Shown here piece by piece: positions 14,136 through 29,631 of a stretch of 64,000 nt of DNA. A program made the translations under genes and the position numbers. This DNA is from Chrysomallon squamiferum. Its lineage: Eukaryota; Animalia; Mollusca. The first letter of the stretch is position 1; the number at the start of each line of letters is the position of its first letter. The notes under the pieces are model-generated. The model had not been told where the DNA came from, did not search any database, and was given only the letters and a program-made list of their open reading frames with translations. Where the stretch lies: NCBI GenBank assembly GCA_012295275.1, contig CM022668.1:2542001-2606000 (forward strand), written 5' to 3'.

Positions 14136-14769
14136 GTAAGTGAAGAAACATTTACATTTTAATGTATCCAGACAATAAATAATAATTATTATTAAATGCA
14201 CAAAATAATAATGTTTAAATCAATAAAAATAGTGATTTTTAAATAAACTTACATTTCTAAACAGTTTAAATGATATTTTTAAATTGGTAAACTTTAAAAT
14301 AATTAAATTTTTGTTTTTAAAGTGGTACCAATGAATACAATTTTTTCTTTCTCTAGTAAACCTAAAAAAAACTTAGTTTTCTCATTTTCATTGATTTATA
14401 ATCACACAAACTGTGAAAAATAAAATTTATTATGTAAAAGAAAAAAAAAAAATTTGTTTAAAGAAAAAAATTGAAGATCAAAGCTAAAAGAGCTAAAAAC
14501 CCAGACAACCAATAATTTATTTTCCAATAACCAATTTAAAAGAGATAAAAGAAAGAGTTTCCTCAGGGGAGGTAACTAAATATTTATTAATTTTATAGCT
14601 CTCTTGAGAAAGAAAACAAGAAGATGTAGTAGATAAAAAAAAATGGTATAACAGTAAAACACTTTCTCTGTTTTTTAACTCTTTTTTATATATATATTTT
14701 TTTTCTTGTTGTTGTTGTTATTTTGTAATATTTACTCGTATTTGGATCTTCATAATAAGCTGTGTAATT

Positions 14770-15662
14770 TCTCACATAAACACATATAAACACATATAAA
14801 CACATATAAACATATATAAACACATATATGCACACATAAAGACATATACACACATATGAACGTAAAAACACACATAGTAGTCATACTCAAAAACACACAC
14901 ACAGAAACACATACACATGTAAGCATATATACACACATACATACACACACCTATAATATTCATATATTCACACACACAAACACTCAGACAAATACACACA
15001 TATGCACACAGACACATATAAATACACACACAGACACATATAAATACATACACAAAGACACATAAAATACACACACACAGACACATATAAACACACACAC
15101 AGACATATAAATACATACACACAGACACATATAAATACATACACAGACATATAAATACATACACACAGACACATATAAATACACACACAGACACATATAA
15201 ATACACACAGACAGACACACATAAATACATACACAGACACATATAAATACATACACACACACACATATAAATACACACACACACATATATAAATACATAC
15301 ACAGACACATATAAAAACATACACACAGACACATATAAATACACACACAGACACATATAAATACATACACACAGACACATATAAATACACACAGACAGAC
15401 ACATATAAATACACACAGACAGACACATATAAATACACACACAGACACATATAAACACACACACAGACATATATAAATACATACACAGACACATATAAAC
15501 ACAAAGACACACACACACACACATATAAATACACACACAGACACATATAAATACACACACACAGACAGACACACAGACAGACATATAAATACACACAGAC
15601 AGACATATATAAACACACACACACATATAAATACATACACACAGACACATATAAATACACAC

Positions 15663-15695
<33 letters not shown>

Positions 15696-16140
15696 AATAC
15701 ACACATATAAAAACACACACACACACATATAAATACACACACAGACACATATAAATACACACACACAGACACATAAATACACACAACACACACACACACA
15801 CATATAAATACACACACAGACACATATAAATACACACACACAGACACATAAATACACACAGACAGACATATAAATACACACAGACAGACACATGTAAACA
15901 CACACAGACACACATAAATACACACACACAGACACATATAAATACACACACAGACACATATAAATACACACACAGAGACACATAAATACACACAGACAGA
16001 CATATAAATACACACAGACAGACACATGTAAACACACACACATACACACACAGACACATATAAATACACACACACATATAAATACACACACAGACACATA
16101 AATACACACACACAGACACATATAAATACACACACAGACA
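14770..16140. repeat. Compound CA-derived minisatellite (acacacagacacatataaat)
   Basis: Repeated 18-26 bp units; source of the spurious 380-460 aa Cys/Val ORFs. Confidence 0.95.
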
Positions 16141-16894
16141 GCTATAAATGCAGACATGCAGAGAACTCATAAAAGACGTGTATAAATAAATATTTATCTG
16201 TTCTGTGTCTGTGTTATTACTTCTGTCAACAATTGATTTTTGTCTTCATTACTGAACAATTTTTTCTTCTTGTAGCCAAAAATTACACAATTGCCAGACA
16301 CAATAACAGCAGAGAGAGAGATAACAGAATTTAAAAATATAATAATAAAAAAATGATTTTATATTTATTTATTTGTTTATTTCTTTATTTCTTTTGTTTG
16401 TTTGTTTGTTTGTTTGTTTATTTATTAATTTATGATTTAATCTATTTTATTATAATAATTCATTGAATTTTTTCTTTAGATTCATGTACAATATGTAAAT
16501 ATTTTATTCTTTGATTATTTTGATTGTTCAGTAAATTTACTACTACTACTACTACTACTGCTACTACTACTACTATTACTACTACAATTACTGTTATTAT
16601 TAATACTACTTCTATTACTACTACTATTATTACTGTTATTATTAATATTATCTTTTTCAAAAAAGAAATACCTCGACAATAAAGATTTAAAATATATAAC
16701 TGCATGTCTTCATGTGACAATGAAAAACTATTTTATTAATTTTATAAAATAACAGTTTTATTTACCACCATTTTATTAACCCAAATAATATTTTTTATTT
16801 ACAACAATAACGATATTATTTACAACAATAATCATTTCATTTATCATTGAAGAGTATCAGTTGTTTTTTGTAGGTTATAATTTTTTACAATGTT

Positions 16895-17850
16895 TATAGT
16901 TGTAATACAGTGTAATGAAAGATAGTGTTTATACTTGTAATGCAGTGTAATGAAAGATAGTGTTCATACTTGTAATACAGTGTAATGAATGATAGTGTTC
17001 ATACTTGTAATACAGTGTAATGAAATATAGTGTTCATACTTGTAATACAGTATAACGATAGTGTTCATACTTGTAATACAGTATAACGATAGTGTTCATA
17101 CTTGTAATACAGTGTAATGAAATATAGTGTTCATACTTGTAATACAGTATAACGATAGTGTTCATACTTGTAATACAGTGTAATACAGTGTAATGAAATA
17201 TAGCGTTTTATTTGTATAACAAAATATAGTTATTACACTGTTTAAACTTGTAATACAGTGTAATAAAATAGTGTTATTACAGTGTTTAGACTTGTAATGC
17301 AGTGCAATACAGTGTAATAAAAGATATTATTACAGTGTTTAGACTTGTAATACAGTGTAACGAAAGATCAGTGTTTATACTTGTAATACAGAGTAATAAA
17401 CGCTATTATTACAGTGTTTATACTTGGAATACAGTGTAATAAAAGATATTACAGTGTTTATACTTGTAATACAGTGTAATAAAAGCTATTATTACAGTGT
17501 TTAGACTTGTAATACAGTGTAATAAAAAGATAATAAAAGATATTACAGTGTTTATACTTGGAATACAGTGTAATAAAAGATATTACAGTGTTTATACTTG
17601 GAATACAGTGTAATAAAAGATATTACAGTGTTTATACTTGTAATACAGTGTAATAAAAGCTATTATTACAGTGTTTAGACTTGTAATACAGTGTAATAAA
17701 AGATATTACAGTGTTTATACTTGTGATACAATGTAATAAAAGATAATACAGTGTTTATACTTGTAATACAGTGTAATAAAAGATATTACAGTGTTTATAC
17801 TTGTAATGCAGTGTAATAAAAGCTATTATTACAGTGTTTAGACTTGTATT
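16895..17850. repeat. Minisatellite acttgtaatacagtgtaat..., period shifting from 35 to 40 bp
   Basis: 35-bp period at 16933/16968; 40-bp period at 17554/17594/17634. Confidence 0.95.
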
Positions 17851-18751
17851 CAGCCTCTCAGACAGGTAGGAAGTTGTTACACTTGTTTCCATTGATCACA
17901 ACGGCAGTTAAGTGACGGAAGCGTCTGTCGTTATTACACAATTTACTTGTGTAATTTATCAATCAAACACAGGCCAAATAATTCTCAGTTTACACAGCCA
18001 ATATTGTACTTTAGCTTTTGATTCCATCGAGAGTTGTCTTTTTTGATTCTTTATAAAATAGTTATATCTATTTAATTTTTAAAGAATTGTGTATATTTAA
18101 TTCTTTAAATAGTTGTGTATATTTGATTCTATAAATAGTTGTATGTATTTGATTCTATAAATGGTTATTTGTATATGTGATTCATATAAATAGTGGTATT
18201 TATTTGATTCTCTAATGTTATTGTTAGTAGATAACCAGATTATTAAATTTTATTTTATTATTTATTATTATTATTGTTGTTGTTATTGTTGTCATTATTA
18301 TTCTTCTTTTATATATATTATTTTTAATTTTAATTCCTTTGTTTTTAATTTTTAATTAATTAATTTATTTTATTTTATTGTATTTTTTTGGGGGGGGGAC
18401 AAATGAATTTATGGGAAAGGTTTACAATAAGAAAATAATGAAGGTTGTAATACATACAGATCATAAACAACAAAACTCAGTTTAGAGTAGTGGTTGGAAT
18501 GTGAAATATACCACTGATAATACCTCTGTAATGCATAAAACACCACTATTATACAAAGACTGTACCATCTAATTACGTCTTTAAGCATTTACTATTACAC
18601 CGAAGCTCACTAGAAGCTGGAAGGATTTGATCTTGCATTGCAAATACTTCACATTAGTCTCTACCTCTCTGGAAAGGATTGATCTTGCAACCTGCCAGAC
18701 GTCAGCTGAGTGTCCCCCCACCCCACCCCCACGCTGGCACTCATTACAGAA

Positions 18752-18877
18752 ATGACAGACATTATGGAAACGAAATCATTCTTAACCAAACAGCGGACTG
18801 TTTCACTTCAAACAGACTCCGCAGCAGATTTCAGCGATCCGGGAAAACGTGAAAGGGCTGGAAGCAGCCAGGGGAAG
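18752..18877 (+). CDS. Candidate alternative first coding exon C: MTDIMETKSFLTKQRTVSLQTDSAADFSDPGKRERAGSSQGK (42 aa), phase-0 donor
   Basis: agaaATG context, GC/CpG-rich island, protein-like composition, ends AAG|GTCAGA (GT at 18878; moderate donor). C-rich element upstream at about 18714-18731. Confidence 0.6.
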
Positions 18878-21800
18878 GTCAGACGAGTTTATGAATATAC
18901 ATAGACGTGTGTGGAGATCTCTGCATCGCGTATCGATCCCCACACATTAAACCGTTATCTAAACTTCTCTATCAAAGTTGTAAACTCAACAGCGATATTG
19001 ATTTGTGAAGCCGAAACTACAGTCTTTGTAGCGCATAATAAAATAATTATTGTTCAAACAGACGAGAAATCTTTTTATTTTTTATTATTTTTTTATAATT
19101 TTTTTTTTTTAATGTTAAGTTTGATACTCCATCGTTTTGGTTTTTTTTTTTTTTTTTTGGTGTATTTAGATCTCAAATTGAGACTGCAGTCTTCCATGTT
19201 TTGAAATATTCAACAGTCAAACGTGATTATTTAAAGTAACTGAAGTTAATATTTGAATTATCTTTAAAGACTGTAATTTAAAAAGTGATTATATGAAGTT
19301 GGTGTAGCTCTGATTTGAATAATGTAATTTAGCAATATATATGAAATATGTGATTACATTAAAGTGGTATAAATAATATTTGAATTAATTTTTTAAAATA
19401 TTATCAAAAATATATATATATACTGTGTAATTATATTGTATAATATTTAAATTAACTTTGAAGGCTATAATTTTATAACATATATGAAATAAATGATTAT
19501 ATTAAAGTGGTGTAAATAATATTTAAATTAACTATAAAAATTATTTTTAAAAATGTATATTAAATATGTGATTTATATGAAAGAGATAAAATTAAAATTT
19601 AAATTAAATTTGAAGATTATAATTTTAAAATATATATTAAATATGTGATGTCACTGAAGTGGAATAACTCAAAATTTAAAATTCAAAATTATGATTTAAA
19701 ATAATTAGAAGTGAAATATATGATATTACAAAGGTGATAAAGTCAGTATTTAAATTAACTTTAAAAATTATATTTTAATAAATTGAAAAGCATGTTTTGT
19801 TATATTTAATTTTTTAATTATTTTATTTTTGAATTTTTATTATATAAATGAAGTAAATTTGTTATTTAAATTAACTTTAAAAACAACAATGAAATGATCT
19901 ACATGAGCATCAGCTTTCATATTTGAAATAAAACTTAAACTTAACAGTGAAAAACGAGAACAAATAAAGACAGTAAATTTAAAATTTAAATTAACTTTAA
20001 AAACTATAATTTAATAAAAGGAAGTACAGCCACATCTATTTGATAAATGTTCTGTTATCATGAGAGCTCAGGTTACATAAATAGTAGCATGTGTATGTGT
20101 GTGTGTGTGTGTGTGTGTGTTTGTTTGTTTGTGTGTGTGTGTTTGTATATAAATATATATTCCAATATTCAGAGAACTGAAAGGGAAATAGCTATTTTTC
20201 CTATATCATGATTTTTTCCCATTCTAGCCAGTGCTCAGCTATAATAATCTTTTTCATATTTATATTATTTCTTTATCAGTTTTATCAATTCTGGATGATA
20301 TTACATATATATTAAAATCAATGTATATTATTATTTTTCACCCGTTCTAACCAGGGAATATCAATATAACATCACATCCAAATAGATTTCATTTTCATTT
20401 TTTTCTCTCTCTCTCTCTTTCTGTTCAAGCAGACATCCTGTTACCGAAGACTATTACATCATAAAGAAACAATTTCATCTTCAATTACTTCATTCACTGA
20501 GTCAGAACCATTGTAACAGATTGAATAAAAACCAACAGACTGAGGAAAAACGGTCAATTATCCAGCATCGGCGACATTAAGAACTGACTCTGCGTTTAGT
20601 GCAGATCAATTGTTGATGTGATTACGTCAATTAAGCGTCTGTCTGATTGTAACACAAAGTTAATTTGTGAACAGGACTTCATTCACCACACATGAGTAAA
20701 ACCGAGTAATCGACGTGTGCAGTAAAACATCGTATTTAACCTGCTAAACGTGGGCTCACCACGGTTCTGTTCCGCTCAGTTTAATTCTGTTATCTGCCTC
20801 ATCGATACAAGTTTATTGATTTTAAATATTTGTGGAAGTCTTTTTAATCTTGTCCCACCTAAGATGGTTTGAACCTGTAGGTTTGTGTGATACGTTTTAA
20901 TCATCTTTGTTTTTGTTTGCTGTTTATTAAAACGTACACAGAGTGGACTAAATAGATGATTAAAGTGATTTAGTCTTGTTTCAGATTATTGGTTTGATTT
21001 TTTTTTTTTTTTTTTTTTTTTTTTATTTTTTTGTTGTTTGAAGTGGGCAGTGTGATTTTTTTTTATTGTATCACTATTCTTGATTGTTTATGTATTTGTT
21101 TGTTTGTTTGTTTGTTTGTTTGTTTGTTTGTATGGTTTATTTATTTATTTATTTATTTATTTTATTTTATTTTATTTTATTTTATTTTATTTTATTTTTA
21201 TTTTATTTTATTTTTATTTTATTTTAATTTTATTTTAATTTTATTTTTATTTTTATTTTATTTTATTTTAGTATTATTATTATTTTTTATTTATTATTTA
21301 TTTATTCAAATAACGGTTAGATACAAAAGTCTTGAAATAGCATATAAGTCATAATGCTAAAACTGTTTTGAATAAATATAATTATTTCAGGTCTTTTGCA
21401 AGATCAAAATATTTTCATAATAAGACACATGACTCCATCATTTTTCTTCAACAAAACCCACATTACCCAAATTTCTTTGCCGTCATCAGTAATTTTTCTA
21501 AAACTGAAATTTTCTAGAAGCAGTGATCTATGTGATAGATTCTAGTAAGACAAAAATAATCCTAAACAGCATTTGTCATTTTGACATTTTTATTTAAATA
21601 TTTTAAAAATATTTTACAAATCACAGACAGCTTTTTTTTTTTTATTTTATTTATTTTATTTTATTTTTTTTATTTTATTTATTTTATTTTATTTTATTTT
21701 ATTTTATTTTATTTATTTTATTTATTTTATTTTATTTTATTTTATTTTATTTTATTTTATTTTATTTGTTTTGTTTTGTTTTGTTTTGTTTTATTTTACT

Positions 21801-22952
21801 TTATTTATTTTATTTATTTTATTTTATTTGTTTTGTTTTGTTTTGTTTTGTTTTGTTTTATTTTGTTTTATTTTATTTTGTTTTGTTTTATTTTATTTAT
21901 TTTATTAAATTTTATTTTATTTATTTTATTTTATTTTGTTTTATTTTGTTTTATTTTATTTTATTTTATTTTATTTTATTGTATTTTATTTATTTTATTT
22001 ATTTTAATTATTTTATTTTACTTTATTTTATTTTATTTTATTTTATTTATTTATTTACTGAGTGACTGAGTACAAGGTGTTGAGTTTAAATCATTGGAGG
22101 CAGAATTTGTGATACTTTTTATCATTTTTATTTTTCATAATGTTAATTTAATGTAAAAAGTATAAACCTTACTATGTTATTACTCCTATAAATTAAATTT
22201 GTTGCATGTTAATTCATTAATTAACTAATACATAAATAAATCATAATGATGATGATGATGCTAACAATGATAATTTAATAATAATGATGATAATGATGAT
22301 GATAATAACATCAACTATTATGATGATGATTATGATAAGATTTTCTCTTTTATTTTGTTATTCTATTCTATTTACTTTCTATGTATAAAATGACTTTTAT
22401 ACACCATTTATTACAAAAATTGTTTTGAGAATATATTTTGATTTCTTAATTTTTTATTAGTGAAATAATTGTTTTCTTGTTGTTGTTTTTTGTTTTTTTT
22501 AATTTTCATAATTTTGGTTTAATTATTATTATTTGTTTACTTATATATATATATTTGATAATTTATTATAGTTTTTATTTTTTCGTATGTAATAATTTTT
22601 GTTGAATTATAAATTTTCTGAAATTACAAAAAGACACTACAGACTGAGTGTCCAGTATAAAAATATTTTATTGCGTAGTTATGTTTTCAAATGGCCTTGA
22701 TATATTTTGTACGTTTCTAAATTATTATTTTTCTTACAGATGCTAATGACCAATATATAATAACAGTAATGTCTGTCAAAATAAATATTATATTAACATA
22801 ATTTCATTTTGAATGGTGGGTTGGTTTGATTTTTTGTTAGTTATTATTTTGTCTGTCTAATCTACCTATCTATATATGCAGTTGTGTGTATGTGTGTGTG
22901 TGTGTGTGTAAAATGATATCTTTATTTCAACTCATTTTTTATTTAATAATTT

Positions 22953-23020
<68 letters not shown>

Positions 23021-23774
23021 CATATATTATAGTGTTTATATATATGCAGTGTTTATGTATATATATATGATGTGTGTCTGTGTCATCGTGTGTGCATGTT
23101 AACATGAAGTGTAATATATTTTAGAAAAACTATAAAGGGAAAATAAAAATTTATGTAAAACAGAAATATTTATCAAAATATTGTTTTGCTGTTTTTATGT
23201 TGTTTGTTTCAGACATTTGTAAGAATATCAGTAACACAATCAAAATGTTTTTATTAGTTTTTGTTTTTTTCTGCACTGATCTGTTCTTTTCTTTGTTTGT
23301 TCTTACACACATATTTAACTTATATAAAAATGTCAGTTTTCACTGGGTTTTTTATATACTGCAGTTTTCTAGGTGAAGTAATATTTTTGAAATTCAAATT
23401 ATATATATTATTTGAATATATGATTCTCTCTCTGTATGTGCTTGTATGTGTGTCTATGTGTATGTGTGTCTGTGGGTATGTACTTATGTATCTGTGTGTG
23501 CAGGTGTGTGTATTTATGTATCTGTGTGTGCAGGTGTGGGTTTCTGTGGGTGTGTATGTATATCTGTATGTGTGTGTAGTTGTCCATGTGTTTAAATAAC
23601 TGGTGTTTTTTGACTACATAATACTAGACACAAAAAAAAAGTATTCAGTATGAAGTAATTAAATGTCTAAAAGCAGACATAAAATTTTTCTGAAAGTAAG
23701 ATTTTTTTGTTTTCTTACTAATCATTGTTACTTGCAAATTAATATTTTGTGCAACTGCTTTCTGCTTCAGTCAG

Positions 23775-23980
23775 GACATGTAAAGTTAATTATACAGTTA
23801 AGACATGTAAAGTTAATATACAGGTAGACATTGGCTATAATTAGTATTGCATGGAGACATGTAAAATTAATTAAGTGAAGACAGGTAAAATTAATTATAC
23901 AGTTAGACATTGGCTATAATTAGTATTGCATGGAGACATGTAAAATTAATTAAGTGAAGACAGGTAAAGTTAATTATTGC
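23775..23980. repeat. ~79-bp tandem duplication with gacatgtaaagttaat subunits
   Basis: gacattggctataattagtattgcatggagacatg at 23827 and 23906. Confidence 0.85.
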
Positions 23981-24769
23981 CAACAACTACCTGTGTAATT
24001 AACTTTGAATGTTTTCTTCTCGTTAAATACAAATCAATTCATTGATCAAATGAAAAAGTTTAAAGAGAGAATAAAATTTATGTGTGTCTTGTACTTGTCT
24101 GAAAATAACAAAAAATCAAAATTTCCATTGGATTTGGGCAGAAATATTATTGCTTGTATTTGCATGAGTGAGAATGTGTATGCGTGTGTGCATGTGAATG
24201 TGTGTGTATGTCTGTGTGTGTGTATGTCTGTGTGTATGTATATCTGTTTGTGTGTGTATCAGGCAAAAACAAAGTATAAAAACAATTTTATATCATTTAA
24301 TCTGAGTTAGTAATTTAATTTAAAAATTAAAGTCTTTACATTGAAGTTCAAATGAACTTTACCACAGCTGACAAAGTAATTTAAAAATAAATAAATAAAT
24401 GAAAACAGAAATCTTTTCAAGAAAGCTTGTCCTTTTTTAGGTTGATTAATTCTTTTTAAGGAGATTGGTTATTTCATGCAGTTAGAATAATTTTTGAATA
24501 AAATGGTTAACACTGTGTCTTTGACATGTACAATATAATATATAGCAGACAGATGTAAAATAAACAATGTATTACACACACATCTAAATACACACCATAA
24601 CACAAATAGGTACTTACAGAGACACACACACACACATATACAAACAAATACATACACACACACACACACATACAAACCCATAGACACATATATACATACA
24701 TCTATACACTCACATAATTAGATAAAATAAAAATGTACTTGCATACATTGCAGACAGACAGACAGACAA

Positions 24770-27562
24770 ATACTACTATCACTTAGTACACTACTATCAT
24801 TTACACACAGTACACTACTATCACTTACAGTACATGACTATCACTTACACACAGTACACTACTATCACATAGTACACTACTATCACTTATACACAGTACA
24901 CTACTATCACTTACACAGTACATGACTATCACTTAGTACACTACTATCACTTACACACAGTACACTACTATCTCTTACACACAGTACACTACTATCACTT
25001 ACACAGTACATGACTATCACTTAGTACACTACTATCATTTACACACAGTACACTACTATCACTTACACACAGTACACTACTATCACTTACACACAGTACA
25101 CTACTATCACTTAGTACACTACTATCACTTACACACAGTACACTACTATCACTTACACACAGTACACTGCTATCACTTAGTACACTACTATCACTTACAC
25201 ACAGTACACTACTATCACTTACACACAGTACACTACTATCACTTACACACAGTACACTACTATCACTTAGTACACTACTATCACTTACACACAGTACACT
25301 GACTATCACTTAGTACACTACTATCACTTACACACAGTACACTACTATCACTTACACACAGTACACTACTATCACTTACACACAGTACACTACTATCACT
25401 TACACACAGTACACTACTATCACTTACACACAGTACACTACTATCACTTAGTACACTACTATCACTTACACACAGTACACTGCTATCACTTAGTACACTA
25501 CTATCACTTACACACAGTACACTACTATCACTTACACACAGTACACTACTATCACTTACACACAGTACACTATTATCACATACACACAGTACACTACTAT
25601 CACTTACACACAGTACACTACTATCACTTACACAGTACATGACTATCACTTAGTACACTACTATCACTTAGTAAACTACTATCACTTACACACAGTACAC
25701 TACTATCACTTAGTAAACTACTATCTCTTACACACAGTACACTACTATCACTTACACAGTACATGACTATCACTTAGTACACTACTATCATTTACACACA
25801 GTACACTACTATCATTTACACACAGTACACTACTATCACTTACAGTACATGACTATCACTTACACACAGTACACTACTATCACTTACACACAGTACACTA
25901 CTATCACTTAGTACACTACTATCACTTACACACAGTACACTACTATCACTTAGTACACTACTATCACTTACACACAGTACACTACTATCACTTAGTACAC
26001 TACTATCACTTACACACAGTACACTACTATCACTTACACACAGTACACTGCTATCACTTACACACACTACTATCACTTAGTACACTACTATCACTTACAC
26101 ACAGTACACTACTATCACTTACACACAGTACACTACTATCACTTAGTACACTACTATCACTTACACACAGTACACTACTATCACTTAGACACAGTACACT
26201 ATTATCACATACACACAGTACACTACTATCACTTACACACAGTACACTATTATCACTTACACACAGTACACTACTATCACTTAGTACACTACTATCACTT
26301 ACACACAGTACACTACTATCACTTACACACAGTACACTACTATCACTTAGACACAGTACACTATTATCACATACACACAGTACACTACTATCACTTAGTA
26401 CACTACTATCACTTACACACAGTACACTACTATCACTTACACACAGTACACTACCATCACTTACACACAGTACACTACTATCACTTACACACAGTACACT
26501 ACTATCACTTACACACAGTACACTACTATCACTTAGACACAGTACAGTACTATCACTTACACACAGTACACTACTATCACTTACACACAGTACACTACTA
26601 TCACTTAGTACACTACTATCACTTACACACAGTACACTACTATCACTTAGACACAGTACACTATTATCACATACACACAGTACACTACTATCACTTACAC
26701 ACAGTACACTATTATCACTTACACACAGTACACTACTATCACTTAGTACACTACTATCACTTACACACAGTACACTACTATCACTTACACACAGTACACT
26801 ACTATCACTTAGACACAGTACACTATTATCACATACACACAGTACACTATTATCACTTACACACAGTACACTACTATCACTTACACACAGTACACTACCA
26901 TCACTTACACACAGTACACTACCATCACTTACACACAGTACACTACCATCACTTACACACAGTACACTACTATCACTTACACACAGTACACTACTATCAC
27001 TTAGACACAGTACAGTACTATCACTTACACACAGTACAGTACTATCACTTACACACAGTACATACTATCACTTACACACAGTACACTATTATCACTTACA
27101 CACAGTACACTACTATCACTTACACACAGTACACTACCATCACTTACACACAGTACACTACCATCACTTACACACAGTACACTACTATCACTTACACACA
27201 GTACACTACTATCACTTAGACACAGTACAGTACTATCACTTACACACAGTACAGTACTATCACTTACACACAGTACATACTATCACTTACACACAGTACA
27301 CTACTAGTACTTACACACAGTACACTACTATCACTTACACACAGTACACTACTATCACATACACAGTACACTACTATCAATTACACACAGTACACTACTG
27401 TCACATACACACAGTACACTACTATCACTTAGTACACTACAATTACTTAGTACACTGCTATCACTTACACACAATACACTACTATCACTTAGTACAATAC
27501 TGTCACTTAGTACAATACTGTCACTTAGTACACTACTGTACCTTAGTACACTACAATTACTT
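24770..27562. repeat. Large 24/18-bp minisatellite (cacacagtacactactatcactta / gtacactactatcactta), more than 100 units
   Basis: Highly homogeneous 2.8-kb array; gives the (VLCVSDSS)n pseudo-ORFs. Confidence 0.97.
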
Positions 27563-28690
27563 AGACTCAGTGACTTCTACCACTGAACACAATACACTTC
27601 TTCCCCACCAAGGACAAACACAGAGAAAAGACAAAGAGAAAAGTTATTTCTGACAAACAGCAAACTGTCACTTTGTAGTCACATTGATTCCATGTTCAAT
27701 AGTTATAACTACAAGGGCAGGCCTAATATTAGTTGGAGTTTTTTTAGGGAAAATTGCAAATATTAGTTGATAGGAAATATATATTGATTCTTTGTTCGAA
27801 AGTTGAAACTGTAATGGAAAATCTAATACTGATAATTGTAGGGTTATAGGAAATAGAAGAGGTCAGATTATAGAATACATATATGATTTAATGTGCAGTA
27901 GTTGTTACTGCAAGGGCAGAGCTGATGTTTACAATAGTAGGGTGTGGGGAAGACCACAAGGGAAGGTCTGATATTAATAACTGGATGGCTAGAGAGAAAT
28001 GTTGAGATCATGATACAGAAGTAAAAACAAATATTGATTCCATATTCAGTGGTTGTTTCTGACCATCAGAGGAATATAAGGAAAGATCAAGTATTTGTAA
28101 TAGTAGAGGTCTGGGGAAAGGTAGAGCTCATGGATTTAAAAAAAAAAACAGTTATTTTATTATATTTCCAAATGTTATTATTGGACATGAGATAACTAGA
28201 AAGGAAGGTCTGGGGAAATTATAGAGGTCATGATGTAGAAAACAAATATCATTGATTCATTGTTTATTTCAAAAACAAGGAAAGCTCTGAAATGTATTTT
28301 AGTTTAGAGATCTGTTTTATTCTGCACAGGACTTGTTTCCATTACAAAAGGATTCAAACTGTCATGTTTTTGTTATGAAATGTACATTTTAAATCTTTGT
28401 TTTTAATTTAAAAACGGTGTACTGAGATTCTGATGGATCTTGTAAATCTAGCAACTGCTCAAGTTCTGACAACACAGATTTATTTTCTGACTTGCAAGAG
28501 ATGTGCAGAGCTGCATGGGTCACCTTAAACAAAAAAATATTTTTAATTTGTTTTAGAAGTCAGAATAGATACCCCTGTTCAACACACATATCTAAATTAC
28601 TTAATTAAGTTAATGTTCAGTTTGTTAATGAAATATTTCAGTTACCTGTCACTGAATGTTGACAGTTAAATATTTAAATGTTGTGATTAA

Positions 28691-28718
28691 TTTACTGTCA
28701 TCTTTATCTCAGGTAAGT
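28691..28718 (+). other. Candidate recursive splice site (Yn-CAG|GTAAGT)
   Basis: tttactgtcatctttatctcAG|GTAAGT: acceptor immediately followed by a consensus donor. Confidence 0.35.
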
Positions 28719-28754
28719 TAACTCTTTACCTGCTAGTTAATGATCATCAATGTG

Positions 28755-28816
<62 letters not shown>

Positions 28817-29114
28817 ACACTGATATACACACACACATCACAGACTCTCATACACATTCATAAACACAGAAATATACACACATACATTCACACACAAAAC
28901 CATACAAATACAAATACACTGAGGTAATCTGAGGTCACAGTAAACAGTAAAGGTAAGCTTCATTCATGACATATTGATTTATATATGATATCAAATACAG
29001 TTATTGTTCCACATGGAAGCATTAATTAGTGCTGTATTCAGTGCTACCAGTTTCAACTGGTTCATCTAATCTTCTGTGTTAATCAGAGAGTGCACGGTGT
29101 TTGTGTATACTGGA

Positions 29115-29202
<88 letters not shown>

Positions 29203-29542
29203 ATATATTACATTAAATATACATTAAATAATTTAATGTGTAATTCTATAATTAAGGTTTCTTTTTTAGTATTTTGTCTATAAAGATACATCCAGTGTCT
29301 ATTGAACGGTTAAGGTTTCTTTTCTAGTGTCACTGTCTACATAGGCACCTCATATAATTAAATTTTCTTTAATATAATTGATGTTAAGTCAGAAATACTA
29401 TATACAGTGTGTAAATGTCTGTCAAAGAGTTAATGTTTCTTTTCTAGTATCTTTGTCTACACAGATATATTACACTATTTTACTTAACTAAATATGTAAA
29501 TAGATATTAAACAGTTAATGTATCTTTGACATAGGGATATTA

Positions 29543-29631
<89 letters not shown>

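Noticed and set aside
14772-16170. ORFs of 383-461 aa rich in Cys/Val/Tyr
   Set aside because: Open in three frames only because the (TG)-derived repeat lacks stops.
24995-26076. (VLCVSDSS)n ORFs and CRISPR-like regularity
   Set aside because: Contiguous minisatellite with no unique spacers and no cas genes; eukaryotic context.
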